Positions 1 through 11,426 of a stretch of DNA of 64,000 nucleotides are shown piece by piece. Position 1 is the first letter of the stretch. Every line of letters begins with the position of its first letter. The position numbers and the translations under genes were made by a program. The notes beneath the pieces were generated by a model. That model made no database searches and was not told the origin of the DNA. It worked only from the letters and a program-made list of their open reading frames with translations. This stretch comes from Mayamaea pseudoterrestris (taxonomy: Eukaryota), in NCBI GenBank assembly GCA_027923505.1, contig BROI01000021.1, positions 186,001-250,000 on the forward strand, written 5' to 3'.

Positions 1-1873
1 TTCAACGCTGGAACGCCCATGCCGCAAATGTCCTCGTGCTTCTTGCTCACCATGAAGGATGACTCGATTGACGGCATTTACGATACGCTCAAGAATTGCG
101 CGATTATTTCAAAGTACGCTGGAGGCATCGGACTTGCGATTCACAATATTCGCGGAAGCAAGTCCTACATTCGCGGCACCAACGGAACATCCAATGGAAT
201 TGTTCCCATGCTTCGCGTCTTCAACAATACGGCTCGCTATGTTGATCAAGGAGGCGGCAAGCGCAAGGGAAGCATCGCCATTTACTTGGAACCCTGGCAT
301 TCGGATATCTATGACTTCCTTGACTTGCGCAAGAACCACGGAAACGAGTCGGACCGGGCCCGCGACTTGTTTTATGCCTTGTGGATGCCTGACTTGTTCA
401 TGGAGCGCGTCAAGAGCAATGGCACGTGGAGCTTGATGTGCCCAAACGAATGTCCGGGACTGTCGGATGTTTGGGGCGACGAGTTTGTTGCGCTCTACAC
501 AAAGTACGAGCAGGAAGGCAAGGCTCGCAAGACAGTCAAGGCGCAGCATTTGTGGTTTGCCATTTTGGATTCGCAAATGGAGACGGGTACGCCGTACATG
601 CTATACAAGGACCATTGCAACCGCAAATCCAACCAGCAGAATCTCGGAACCATCAAAAGTTCCAACCTTTGCTGTGAAATTGTCGAGTATACGGCCCCGG
701 ACGAAACGGCTGTTTGCAACTTGGCGAGTATAAGTTTGTCCATGCTAGTCAAGAATGGAGTGTTTGACTTTGGCAAGCTCAAGGAAGTGACGGAAGTTGT
801 CGTCAAGAACTTGAACAAAATTATCGACCGCAACTTTTATCCAATTGAGGAAGCCAAGCGGTGAGTGCATTGTATTGCGAGTGTTGCTGACAGGTGTGGC
901 TCGCCATCATAAACACTAACAGCCCATTGCCTTTGCATGCAGATCCAACATGCGCCACCGACCCATTGGCATTGGTGTGCAGGGCCTAGCCGACTGCTTC
1001 CAGATGCTGAAGATTCCCTTTGACTCGCTCACAGCTCGCCAGTTGAACCGCGATATTTTCGAAACCATATACTTTGGGGCTTGCACCGCTAGTATCGATT
1101 TGGCGGCAATTGATGGAGCGTATGAAACGTACGAGGGATGTCCAGCCAGTAAGGGGCAGCTTCAGTTTGACTTGTGGGGCGTCGAGCCGAGCAAGCGCTG
1201 GGACTGGGCTCGTCTTAAGGAAAAGCTGGCTACGCATGGTATGCGCAATTCCTTGTTGGTTGCTCCAATGCCAACGGCTTCAACTGCTCAAATCCTTGGC
1301 AACAATGAAGGCACCGAACCGTTCACGTCCAACATGTACAATCGTCGCGTCCTAGCCGGCGAGTTCACCGTTGTAAATAAGCATTTGCTCCGCGAGTTAA
1401 CGGCTGCTGGAATTTGGAACGAAAGCGTTCGCAACACGCTCATTGCTCACAACGGATCAGTCCAAAACATTGCGGAAATCCCACAAGGAATTCGCGAGAT
1501 CTACAAGACTGTCTGGGAGATTCCGCAAAAGGCGGTACTAGAAATGGCTGCGGATCGCGCCCCGTTCATTTGCCAGAGCCAGAGTTTGAATATTCACCTT
1601 GCCGAGGTAAGCCACAAAAAGCTCACGTCCATGCACTTTTTTGCCTGGCAGCTTGGTTTAAAGACTGGCATGTACTACCTGCGCACTCGTCCCAAGGCGG
1701 ATGCCATCAAATTCACGGTTGACCAACAGCAACTCAAGTTGACTACGGGCGTGGACGCTGGCAAAATGACAAGAAGCTCCTCGTCTCCGACAAGTGCCAT
1801 GAGTACCTTGACGCATGCGGTCAAGAGTCTGGGCATGGACGAGGAGGAGGAATGCCTCAATTGTGGGGCATGA
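1..1873 (+). CDS. RRM1: Ribonucleoside-diphosphate reductase large subunit (class Ia), 5'-partial; intron 861-942
   Basis: [20 protein letters not shown] (catalytic Asn/Cys/Glu), [25 protein letters not shown] and C-terminal CxxC (ECLNCGA). Intron GTGAGT(861)...ACTAAC...GCAG(942) joins ORFs 19-864 and 950-1873 in frame ([10 protein letters not shown]). Confidence 0.97.
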
Positions 1874-1963
1874 ATGGAATTACAGATAATTGACGAAAAC
1901 TAGCGTCGTTGCTCTTAAGCATTTCAAGATAAGGTATTAAGAAAGTACTACTTATAGTCACGA

Positions 1964-3547
1964 TTATATGTCACCGGGCATGTAGAACCCGCCAGCGAAT
2001 GCTTCCACGTCGTCGCGTAATTCATCAATCATTTGTTGAACCTCATTGTTACCCTCCATCATTGCCACAAACTCTTTCAATGTCACCATCTTCTTGTCGT
2101 CGTCCTTCTTTTCCGATCGTGCGAACTCTTCTACCTGTTTAGCAATTTCGGCGCCTCGATGCAGAAACTCAGCGACGCTATCAAAGTCAGTTGCGCTAAA
2201 TCCTCGCGTGGTGAGCGCGGGCGTCCCCAGTCGCACGCCACCGGGATTGAGGGCAGACGTGTCTCCGGGAATACTATTCTTGTTGGTCGTCATGCTAACC
2301 ATTTCTAGCACCTTCTCAACTTTGGATCCTGTCAAGCCAAGCGCTCGAACATTCCAAAGCATTAAGTGATTGTCAGTTCCCCCAGTGGCCAATGTATGGC
2401 CGCGTCGAGTCAGTCCATCGGCCAACGCCTTGGCATTTTCGACAACAGCTTGAGCATAGTCTGTGAATGCTGGTTGACTCGCTTCCTTTAGTGCAACTGC
2501 CAACGCCGCAATTTGATGATTATGCGGACCGCCCTGTAACGCCGGAAAGACGGCGCTATTAATCGCCTCCATATACTGCGTCTTGGCAAAAATCATGCCG
2601 GACCGCGGCCCTCGTAATGTCTTGTGTGTCGTGCTTGTTACGACATCGGCGTATTCGAATGGACTGTCTGCAACCTTGGCCGCAACCAAACCAGAAATAT
2701 GTGCCATGTCAACCATGAGCAGCGCACCAACCGAGTCAGCAATCTTGCGCATCCGAGCATAGTCCCACTCGCGTGGATACGCCGACCCACCCGCAATAAG
2801 TAGCTTCGGAAGAAACATTTTAGCGCGCTTCTCCATTTCATCGTAGTCAATGTATCCAGTGGCGGGTGACACAGTGTACGGCATACTTTCAAAGTAGCGC
2901 GAGGTTGCCGAGACTTTGCGCTTGGCAGTTTGGAAGCCATGCGTCAGGTGACCGCCACTCGGCAAATCGAGGCCCATGATGCGATCATGTGGCTGGAGCA
3001 GAGCCGTGTAGACAGCAAAGTTGGCAGGCGATCCAGAGTATGGCTGAACATTGACACCCCAAACCTCGTGGTCGAGTTCATAAAGATGAAGCGCTCTCGT
3101 CATGCAGAGTGATTCGATCTGATCAATATATTGATTGCCTCCATAGTACCGTCGTCCAACTTGTCCTTCCGAGTACTTGTTTGTGAGACAGCTTCCTAAA
3201 ACTTGGCGTACAGCCGGGCTGCAAAAGTTTTCCGATGCGATCAGCTCCAGGCCTGTCCGTTGACGAAAGGATTCTTGAAGAATCAAATGAGAAATCTCCG
3301 AGTCTTGCTCATGAAGCAGATTCTTCTTTGTACTAGAAGCCATCGCTGAATCTGCAAATGGTTTAAGGTCATTGTTATTACTTTTGGTGCTTGCAAGTAT
3401 CGTGTCTCTACCGCTAGGAAAAGATCGTCGTGGTCTTTGCTCCTGAGTAATCTTTCCAGAAGAAGACCACGCCAATGCATCGAGACTCTTCAAGCTACAG
3501 CAGCAATATGCAATCGATAAAATAGTTGCCTTCCTTGTCTTTGGCAT
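1964..3547 (-). CDS. SHMT: Serine hydroxymethyltransferase with N-terminal signal/transit-like extension
   Basis: [35 protein letters not shown]-lysine motif [18 protein letters not shown]. About 70-aa leader with a hydrophobic stretch. Confidence 0.96.
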   Translation of the reverse strand: MPKTRKATILSIAYCCCSLKSLDALAWSSSGKITQEQRPRRSFPSGRDTILASTKSNNNDLKPFADSAMASSTKKNLLHEQDSEISHLILQESFRQRTGLELIASENFCSPAVRQVLGSCLTNKYSEGQVGRRYYGGNQYIDQIESLCMTRALHLYELDHEVWGVNVQPYSGSPANFAVYTALLQPHDRIMGLDLPSGGHLTHGFQTAKRKVSATSRYFESMPYTVSPATGYIDYDEMEKRAKMFLPKLLIAGGSAYPREWDYARMRKIADSVGALLMVDMAHISGLVAAKVADSPFEYADVVTSTTHKTLRGPRSGMIFAKTQYMEAINSAVFPALQGGPHNHQIAALAVALKEASQPAFTDYAQAVVENAKALADGLTRRGHTLATGGTDNHLMLWNVRALGLTGSKVEKVLEMVSMTTNKNSIPGDTSALNPGGVRLGTPALTTRGFSATDFDSVAEFLHRGAEIAKQVEEFARSEKKDDDKKMVTLKEFVAMMEGNNEVQQMIDELRDDVEAFAGGFYMPGDI

Positions 3548-3781
3548 GGCGCTTTACTGATTATTCTCGCGAGGAAAATGGTAGTCAGCAAGCCATCGCG
3601 CTCATGGTGAATGGTTAGCGTCGTCAATTATCCATGTTCATTTTTGTCATCTGTCCTACCGGTTATGGCTTCAATCGCACCGGTTATGTCATATATGTCG
3701 CATTCTCACAGTTTCGTTCACTACGACCATTATCATCATAGCAAGAGTCGCTTCTTCGCAACAGAGATAGAGATTATCAAC

Positions 3782-5782
3782 ATGACTAGCCGCTCGAAGC
3801 GTTCAGCCAGCGAGCGGAATGCAGCTGATGCTTCTGCAGCTCCTGCAGCGTTATCGACGTTCAAAGTAACTGCTAGCGAAGGGATGAAGTCAAGTTCTAT
3901 CATGCACATGAGCAAAACCAAACACATTGCTTCAACTGCAGCTACCAAGAATAACCTAAATTCTCTTAAGCTTAACAAAGATTGCGGAGCATGCGTTGCT
4001 TGTCTGAATAACCGTGTCGTGAGCAAAGGGACGAGTCAATTGGACATTGCATACCTGCCGTGTCAAGGGAACATTCCATCCACATTTACTGCCATGAACA
4101 ACGCGACCTCGATCAAAGCACCAGCATCAATCGCTACGCTTCATCAAACAAAGTCCAGCAATGACACGGCGCAGATGTCTACAATGAATTCTCGTTCGCA
4201 CTTGGATGGTTTAAAGCAGACAGCCAAGGAGGCTGGTGTTTCACCCGACAATTTTGAAAATTGGAGAGTTCTTCTCAAGCGTGCGCCGACGGCATACTTG
4301 ATGCTTCAAGGTAATGACGCTAATCACAATGACAAAAGTAGCAATTGCACAACAGAAACAGTTGCAAAAGGTATATACGGACTGCCGATTCCAACTCCGC
4401 CCACGGAAAACGTTTGTTCCGCTTGCGTTTTACCAACGACCGGCGACATTGATCAAGACAATCCCATTCTCTTGTGTGACGGATGCGACAGGGAGTATCA
4501 TTTACAGTGCCTACAGCCAAGATACGTTTCCGTTCCAGAAGGAGACTTTCACTGCTGGGATTGCAGTGCGACTGGTACGACGGATGCATTGCAAGAATAC
4601 TTGCACCATGTTGAACAAGGCAGAACCAAATACCCGAATCGAGCCGAATACATATCGGCGCTACGGCAAGCTGTCATGAATTTGATTGCGCAAAACAATA
4701 AGTATTCAGGAGGGAAAAGTCGCAGGCGAAGCAAAGCTGGCGGCGTACTTGAATTTACCATGCCGACATCCGATCTGGATTTGGCGCACGTTCAAAAGGT
4801 TCATGAAGCCATTCATAGTAGCTTGGCGGATGGAAATGGCAGTCCTGCGTCGTCGCCACGTACAAGCGCTGCAGGTGATCGTGTTGCTGCAGATATGGAC
4901 ACTGTAAAAAATAACGGCATCGGTCCAGATTATATGATCGGCAAGCCCATTGAACTCTACTTCAACGACCCTAAGGAAGGCGAGCGATTTCACTCGGGGC
5001 GAATCGTCGATTATCGCACGACAATGGATGATGGAGAAACCGTCGAGTACTTGATTCGCTTTCCGGCCGGCGCAGATTACCGCAAGTCTCCCTTGACGGC
5101 ATGGGTTGCGCTGGAGGAGCATGCCATCACCGTTGGCACATCGCTGGTGTGGATGGAGGAAAAGAAGGGACAGTGGATCCCCGCTACCGTCCAGCTACGT
5201 ACGGCTCTATCACTGATACTTTTGCAGCAGCCGGTTCCAGCAATGCAGTCGCTGGAATTTGAACTGGGTCGACCTAGACATTCTTACCGCAATACGCCCA
5301 CGACAAAGCAGAGTAAGCGGGAGCGGATTACTGCCTGGACCAAAACGTTTGGTGCTCAACCAGGCCTCATTCTGCGCGACATGAAGAGTCAAGCCATGCC
5401 TTTCACCCCGGATGTTAATGAAAAAAGTAAGTTATGCCAGCTGGCAGCAGTAGATTGGCAGGAGGAGCACCGTATTCGTAAATGGCGGAGCATGACGCAA
5501 GTTGATCCGTTCGGGTATCGAGCATTGTCATCGCGCGATGAGTACCAACTGGAGTCACTCATTCCAGTTAAAGATGAAAATATGAGAAAGCGGCACCGTC
5601 TTGGCGCTCATGCCGGGTTGTGCCCCCTAGTTCCTCTTGGACTGGACCGCTTGCACCTGGCGGGGATGATGTGTCGCCGCAGCGATGAAGGATCAATCGA
5701 TCCAAATACGAAAGACGTTGCAGCCACCTTGTCCTGCAGAGTAGTTAGAATGTCATCATCGCTGTCGCGACCTGCTACCTAG
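3782..5782 (+). CDS. PHD-finger chromatin protein with a possible Tudor-like region
   Basis: PHD pattern CSAC...LLCDGCDREYHLQCL..VPEGDFHCWDC. Additional CGACVAC motif. Downstream IGKPIELYF...HSGRIVDY...EYLIRF resembles a Tudor/SH3-like barrel. Start placed at ATG 3782 (ORF opens at 3611). Confidence 0.75.
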   Translation: MTSRSKRSASERNAADASAAPAALSTFKVTASEGMKSSSIMHMSKTKHIASTAATKNNLNSLKLNKDCGACVACLNNRVVSKGTSQLDIAYLPCQGNIPSTFTAMNNATSIKAPASIATLHQTKSSNDTAQMSTMNSRSHLDGLKQTAKEAGVSPDNFENWRVLLKRAPTAYLMLQGNDANHNDKSSNCTTETVAKGIYGLPIPTPPTENVCSACVLPTTGDIDQDNPILLCDGCDREYHLQCLQPRYVSVPEGDFHCWDCSATGTTDALQEYLHHVEQGRTKYPNRAEYISALRQAVMNLIAQNNKYSGGKSRRRSKAGGVLEFTMPTSDLDLAHVQKVHEAIHSSLADGNGSPASSPRTSAAGDRVAADMDTVKNNGIGPDYMIGKPIELYFNDPKEGERFHSGRIVDYRTTMDDGETVEYLIRFPAGADYRKSPLTAWVALEEHAITVGTSLVWMEEKKGQWIPATVQLRTALSLILLQQPVPAMQSLEFELGRPRHSYRNTPTTKQSKRERITAWTKTFGAQPGLILRDMKSQAMPFTPDVNEKSKLCQLAAVDWQEEHRIRKWRSMTQVDPFGYRALSSRDEYQLESLIPVKDENMRKRHRLGAHAGLCPLVPLGLDRLHLAGMMCRRSDEGSIDPNTKDVAATLSCRVVRMSSSLSRPAT

Positions 5783-5846
5783 CTCTTTCGGATCATTGTT
5801 TTGCATAACCAGATAGTATAGAAATTTGTACTGTTACAGTAGCATA

Positions 5847-8800
5847 TTAACCTTCTACCAAGAAATCCTCCAGATCAGCGTATGGATCGTCATCAAAAGC
5901 ATCGTCGAAACCACTTTTTTGAATGTAAAAAACGTTTATCTTCTTGTCGTCCTCGTACATTTCATCGATGGCTTTGTTGCGGCTTCGGAATATTTTTTTA
6001 CCTCGCTCTTTTCGAGCTCGTCTCGCAATTTCAGCCTCGCGTGCCTTTTTCAAAGCGCATTCTGAGTCAGTTAGTTCTTGTTGACTCCTTTCAATGACAC
6101 TTAATTTGCTTTTGACAAGTTGAAGCAACCGCCCTCCTTGATCTTCGTCGCGATAATCACTATCGCTGTCCTTGCTGTGGTCGCTCGCATCGATTCGGCT
6201 GTTGCTTAAACGATTCAAGCCAGCGATAAAGCAGACATTCTGCAGTTTTGAAGACTGAAGAACACGTTTGAGCTGCTGTAGGTTTGCTTGTGCGTACTCA
6301 ATTCGAAGTAGCGCAGATTTTATCTTCTGTTTGTATTCCTCTTCGACGGCATACCATTTTGCGGCAGCCCAAATCAAGTCAAGAGAATCGAGTGTATCGA
6401 GCCAAACCAAAATACATACCAGAGACTCCACCACGTCGAGGTGGCGTGTTCCTTCTCTTTTACAACACTTCCCAGCACAAAGCAATATCGTTCGCAGTGC
6501 CTTTTGTTGCACACCCACAATCCTGTCGAGCAAAGCTAATGCCCGTAGTTTCACGCGAGACGGCAATAGAGTGGCTTTAAAACAACTAGATCCTTTAACC
6601 TTTTCGTTGGTAAACAAGCATGCTGTGCTCTTCCAAACTTCGGTCAATTCGCCTTGTCTCGCGATCATGTAGCGCTTAGCGCATTCGTCTGATGAGAATG
6701 ATTCGGCGCCGGCGTCCTTGAAGCAGATCAGAGACTCGTCCCAGAGATATTCAAAGCCTTCCAAAGTTGTACAGAATGCCCATATCCAGTGACTTTCGGT
6801 CGTCAACTGAAGATAGCGGTATGCGAGGTGATGGCTCTCTGTTCGCGGATCACTATACTTGTACAACATGTGTTCGCTTCCAACAAAATCTTCCCATAGC
6901 TTGTTGACATCGCGTCGATCCATTATATTAACGCACTGTTTAAACGCATCCGAGCAAAACTTGCATCCAGGCGATGTTTGGTGTCGATCAATTTCCCCAG
7001 AGTCGCCTTTCAATCGTAATTGCCGTATGGCTGTCCGAGCTAAGAACGGCAAATTGTACATCGACAACATAAGTGACATCTTAAAAATCCCCGATTGGCG
7101 AAGCGCATAGGAACACACAAGTCTTTGTAGCTTTTTGCCAGCGCGGTTGCAAACAGAAGCCAGGCGGCGCAAGTGAAACTTGTCTCGACAGGATGGAAGC
7201 TGGATCAGGGCTTCACGAACAGATGCGTGCATACACGCGTGGTAGGCCTCGAACAAGTCATAGTCGACCATTCCACTAGATCCCACCATGCCTTCTACCA
7301 AATCATTAGAAATGATGGCAATAATATCACAGAGCAATTCAAGCGGATGCGATGGTTCATCTATATTGACCGACGAGTTGATGCTTCCTCCACTCTCATC
7401 GCACAGCTCCACAGGAATGCATTTTGTCAAAACAGACACGACGTTAAATCGAAAGTTGCGGATGGAGAGGTCGATCTCGGCATCACTCCTGCCGTTCGAG
7501 ACTGAGACGTAAAACAGACGTAGTTGAGCAGAGGCGTCCTCGTTGCAAAGCGTTGAATACAAACGCAGCGTTGATGGAACAAGATCAAGAGAATGTGCCG
7601 GTTCGACAGCGTCCATCAGTTTAGATACTGCAGCGCACAACAGAGTTGTGGCGTTTACCATTGCATCAATGTCAGCCTGGGGTGCTCCTGTTGAGAGACA
7701 TGATTTGAAAACAGGCGTCAATAGCGTTGTAAAGTTTCTATATGCTCCAAACATGCAGAAAGCACTCCCATCCGAAATCGCACATTTCAGTGGGAGTGAG
7801 CTCATGCTCATTGTTATTAGACGACTCAGACCTAGAACAGCCCTCCTCCGATCGGACGTCGAGAGGCTCTCAAGGTGCGATGCTGCATTAAAACCCGCCC
7901 ATCGGCTTCCAATCAAGAGATCCAAAACGACGGCGCACAGGGTTCTGTTGAATGAGCTCAGCTCCTCGACTGCAGGTTGACTACTTCGTAAAGAGCGCCA
8001 GGACCCCTGTGAATTGTACACTTCCCGGCCCACTAAGCTTGAAAGCATGGCCAGAGGAGGATTAACGACCAGCTGAGCCTCATTTAACAATCGAGATTCC
8101 AAATCCGACAACGAATGTTGCGCGAGCGCCGAGAAGGACGCACAGGCAATGCTCTCCATTATTCTCGCAACGAAAAGAAAGGTGGAATATATTAAAGAAT
8201 ACTCAATTTTTGCCGCTTGTATATCAATGTTTGGGAATCGAGCGGTAGCAACTTCTTCTCTCCACACGAGCTGAAATAGATGACGATGCCAGTCGGATGC
8301 AAATAATCTGAAGTCAGCATCTCCGTTTGCTACCGCATGACAGAGGTCAATCGCCAGGCGAAGCAATCCTGCAACGTCATCTGTTTGCTCCGTTGGATGA
8401 TCAGCATGCTGACTCTTGACGAAAACTTTCGAAGGCAAGAAACGTTCCGAACACTCTTCACTTCTGCTGAGAAACGAAGTGAGACGGAGCATGACTGCGG
8501 CTAGTAAGGGCTCAGCGTCATTTGGGCGAAGGTGCCCTGCGGCGACACGCTTACATAGTTCTCCAAAAAGCCATAATCGACTTGAGAGTGGCAAGCTGGG
8601 CATGCATGATATGATTATTTGCAAGAGCATCATCCATGCTTCCGTTTCGCAGTCATCCCGTCTTGCTGCAGCAACAAGTTCGACAAGCGCATACAGGCCG
8701 CATTGAATGCTATTGAGCTCCTCGTCCAGTCTCTTAACTCCGGTTGGGGCCATAGACGCTAGCACAAAAGGAAGGTCCGGCCGTTTTAGAGTTTTCCTAG

Positions 8801-11093
8801 AAAAATTAAGCATGGCGAGGCGAGCCGACTCTAATGGTGCGAGACAAGCTGCAATTTCGATAAAGATATCGAGTGGAAGTTCCTTTGAAAAAACTGCCGC
8901 GAGTCCATTGAGCGCACAGGTAGGAGTCTGGATGCCCGCAAAACCAGTAGTCGCTATTATATTGGAAATTGCGTGAGAGATAATCTTGGATCGAGCTGTA
9001 AATTGTCTTTCAAAGAAGCAAACACCAGTGAAATGGTCTGTCATTTTCTGTACGATGAATGTCTGAATGACTGGAGCTTCCACGTAAACAACTGTCAAAA
9101 TAAGGCAAGCTAGAATCCAATCAGAAGGGCCCTCACATGTTACTGGCCTTTCTATCAAGTGCATGGCTAAATTTGCCCACACACGAGCCCGATCCGCTGA
9201 ATGGAAGGTATAACTTTCGGTCAAGGCGTCATGTCCAAGGTGCAAACTGTTGACGATTACGGTAGCAGCATGTGATAGTAATGCGTTTTGTCGTCCGTTG
9301 TAGTCTACCAAAACGCCATGCCCCGTGTGTCTGACGTCGTCAAAAATGGAACATTTCTGGCCAATGAAAGCAGCGTCCGTAACGTGTTGACGCTGCGGTA
9401 CTTTGCTCGAAACCAACACGTCTCCAATTGACCTTGCTCTCATAGTCAACGTCACAAGTGCTGTCCAGCATATAGATTGAATAATATCGTGTCGGTGATT
9501 GCTGCTGTCAGTCTTTTCTGCTTTGCCCACGTCATAGCTTTTGCCCGATCGATTCAACGCATGGAGAACTGATGAAAACAAGTCGTTTCGATTCGATTGT
9601 TGTCGCGACGCGCGAACAATCAAAAGTACCATGTTGCAATGAATGCCGGCCATGAGCTTTGCATCGTCTTCTATTTGTGCTGCGCGTTCCAAGACGGCAC
9701 CCGCCCAGCCATTCAAAAGCGCTAATTTACGCGATCGATGGGAGAATGATGCCAGACGCTCCAAAACTACTTGCTCCATGTTCGCTGTAACGACCAATGA
9801 CTCCAGAGAGGTGCAGATTTTTGCCGCATTGTGCATGGCATACATGAGCGAATGCAAACATTCTTCCGTGAGCGCATGTTGTTGCGATAAAATTGGCGAA
9901 ACACTTTTCCGACGATTAGGCAAAATCGCAGTTGGCGCATCAGTATTACTTGTTGTTGTACTCGCTGCAGCAAGAGCCAGTGCAGTGATGGCATCCGCAA
10001 CCTTGACCAAGCGCATATCCACCTTTTCCGTCGCGTCAGTCTTTCGCAGTCGACTATTCTGCACAATTTGCAAAATTCTCGTCCAATCGCTTGGCCGCCA
10101 CAACTTGCTCAGCTGCGTAACAAGTTTCAGCCACGGAACCAATGTAGCCATGGAGTGTACTGTTGAAGCATCCTTGTCCGTTTCATCTTCCTGCTGCAGC
10201 ATCATGACGCAGTCCATGGACTTGTGAAACAAGTGTTCGTCGTTCAAGCTCGCCTGCGCCAGCGAGACAATCGAGGCGAGTAGTTGTTTCGCGAATGCCC
10301 TTTCGTCGTCGAGTACAATCTTATCAGTCGACTGGTTCCCTTGCGACGAGAAGTCGCTATTGACTACCAGTAGTAGTTTGCTCATGGCTTGCTTGACGAG
10401 GACTAGAATATAATCGCGCGGAGTCTTGCTGCTGCTGCCAGTGATGTGGCTGTTGTGAGTGGATTGATTGCAAGTATCCATTTTTCTTGCCTTGTGTCCA
10501 TGTGGAAAAGATGCTGTAGATTGCTGTCGCTCGTACTGACACCACGCTGCAGCCGCTGAATACAAGAATTGTTGAATGGTTTCCAGAGAGTGTTGAGTGT
10601 TTATTGTAATGTCGGTGGCTGCCATCCAAAAAAGTTCGTAGGCTGTCGGAACGCTGTGACTCAACAAGGCGAGCAGAAACGTTTCGTGTCGGCGGAGGCG
10701 ACTGGAGGCGTCAGTACTTGTTGCAGTAGGAGTACTTGTAGCATCAACTTGTAATATCTGCTGCTGGTGCTGCTGCTGCTGTTGCTGTTGTATGAAGGAG
10801 ACATGACTCTGGAGCGGCAAGACGACTAGTGCCTCGTCAATGGAATTGGATTGTTTTGCCGAGTCGTAGTCGAGTAACGCTGCAACTTTGGCAAAATCCT
10901 TGGAGTCGACGGCAGCGTATAGCTGCTCTAATATGTCTGCGCCGCCAGTCGTTTGTAGCGTTTTGGATTGTTTGGAATCGTCTTGCACAGTCATTTGTAC
11001 TTGCTTCATGCCCAACGAATGCAGCTGCTCCTGCTGCTGACGGATATCACTGCTGATTGCTGACACTGCCTGCCTGCCTTTCCAGTCACTCAA
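5847..11093 (-). CDS. Large (about 1.7k aa) hypothetical protein, probably alpha-helical; start uncertain (first ATG at 11009)
   Basis: Uninterrupted 5.2-kb ORF; polyQ near the N-terminus; basic/acidic C-terminal motif RSRNKAIDEMY...YADLEDFL. No family recognised. Confidence 0.75.
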   Translation of the reverse strand: MSDWKGRQAVSAISSDIRQQQEQLHSLGMKQVQMTVQDDSKQSKTLQTTGGADILEQLYAAVDSKDFAKVAALLDYDSAKQSNSIDEALVVLPLQSHVSFIQQQQQQQHQQQILQVDATSTPTATSTDASSRLRRHETFLLALLSHSVPTAYELFWMAATDITINTQHSLETIQQFLYSAAAAWCQYERQQSTASFPHGHKARKMDTCNQSTHNSHITGSSSKTPRDYILVLVKQAMSKLLLVVNSDFSSQGNQSTDKIVLDDERAFAKQLLASIVSLAQASLNDEHLFHKSMDCVMMLQQEDETDKDASTVHSMATLVPWLKLVTQLSKLWRPSDWTRILQIVQNSRLRKTDATEKVDMRLVKVADAITALALAAASTTTSNTDAPTAILPNRRKSVSPILSQQHALTEECLHSLMYAMHNAAKICTSLESLVVTANMEQVVLERLASFSHRSRKLALLNGWAGAVLERAAQIEDDAKLMAGIHCNMVLLIVRASRQQSNRNDLFSSVLHALNRSGKSYDVGKAEKTDSSNHRHDIIQSICWTALVTLTMRARSIGDVLVSSKVPQRQHVTDAAFIGQKCSIFDDVRHTGHGVLVDYNGRQNALLSHAATVIVNSLHLGHDALTESYTFHSADRARVWANLAMHLIERPVTCEGPSDWILACLILTVVYVEAPVIQTFIVQKMTDHFTGVCFFERQFTARSKIISHAISNIIATTGFAGIQTPTCALNGLAAVFSKELPLDIFIEIAACLAPLESARLAMLNFSRKTLKRPDLPFVLASMAPTGVKRLDEELNSIQCGLYALVELVAAARRDDCETEAWMMLLQIIISCMPSLPLSSRLWLFGELCKRVAAGHLRPNDAEPLLAAVMLRLTSFLSRSEECSERFLPSKVFVKSQHADHPTEQTDDVAGLLRLAIDLCHAVANGDADFRLFASDWHRHLFQLVWREEVATARFPNIDIQAAKIEYSLIYSTFLFVARIMESIACASFSALAQHSLSDLESRLLNEAQLVVNPPLAMLSSLVGREVYNSQGSWRSLRSSQPAVEELSSFNRTLCAVVLDLLIGSRWAGFNAASHLESLSTSDRRRAVLGLSRLITMSMSSLPLKCAISDGSAFCMFGAYRNFTTLLTPVFKSCLSTGAPQADIDAMVNATTLLCAAVSKLMDAVEPAHSLDLVPSTLRLYSTLCNEDASAQLRLFYVSVSNGRSDAEIDLSIRNFRFNVVSVLTKCIPVELCDESGGSINSSVNIDEPSHPLELLCDIIAIISNDLVEGMVGSSGMVDYDLFEAYHACMHASVREALIQLPSCRDKFHLRRLASVCNRAGKKLQRLVCSYALRQSGIFKMSLMLSMYNLPFLARTAIRQLRLKGDSGEIDRHQTSPGCKFCSDAFKQCVNIMDRRDVNKLWEDFVGSEHMLYKYSDPRTESHHLAYRYLQLTTESHWIWAFCTTLEGFEYLWDESLICFKDAGAESFSSDECAKRYMIARQGELTEVWKSTACLFTNEKVKGSSCFKATLLPSRVKLRALALLDRIVGVQQKALRTILLCAGKCCKREGTRHLDVVESLVCILVWLDTLDSLDLIWAAAKWYAVEEEYKQKIKSALLRIEYAQANLQQLKRVLQSSKLQNVCFIAGLNRLSNSRIDASDHSKDSDSDYRDEDQGGRLLQLVKSKLSVIERSQQELTDSECALKKAREAEIARRARKERGKKIFRSRNKAIDEMYEDDKKINVFYIQKSGFDDAFDDDPYADLEDFLVEG

Positions 11094-11215
11094 ATCGCTT
11101 CTGCGGCGACGCTTTCGTCACTTGCACGTCCTTTCTTCATAAAGCTACGTACACGTATAGTTGGTTGGTCAGTTGCTCGACTCTTGACGATAGATTGTGA
11201 TCAATTCGATCAATG

Positions 11216-11426
11216 TGTTGAGCATGGATGAGAACCCAAACCGAAGCGGCAGCGGTGACGTCACGAAGACGGTCACATTTAAGTAAGCGCGGTAAGCGGC
11301 AACCGAAGGAGTGGATCGAGGACGATCACTTCTTGGAGAAAATAAGTAAAGTGGTTTTATTGACTCTGTTCTGCTTAATCATTAGTGTCGCTTCAAGGGC
11401 GCGCAAGATATATTCTAGATCCAACA
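11216..11426 (+). repeat. 5' LTR
   Basis: TGTTGAGCATGG...TCTAGATCCAACA; base-for-base match to 16227-16437 by eye. Confidence 0.97.

Noticed and set aside
10759..10790. CAG/CAA trinucleotide runs (also near 21415 and 23340)
   Set aside because: Ordinary polyglutamine tracts inside coding sequence; no spacer structure and not CRISPR-like.
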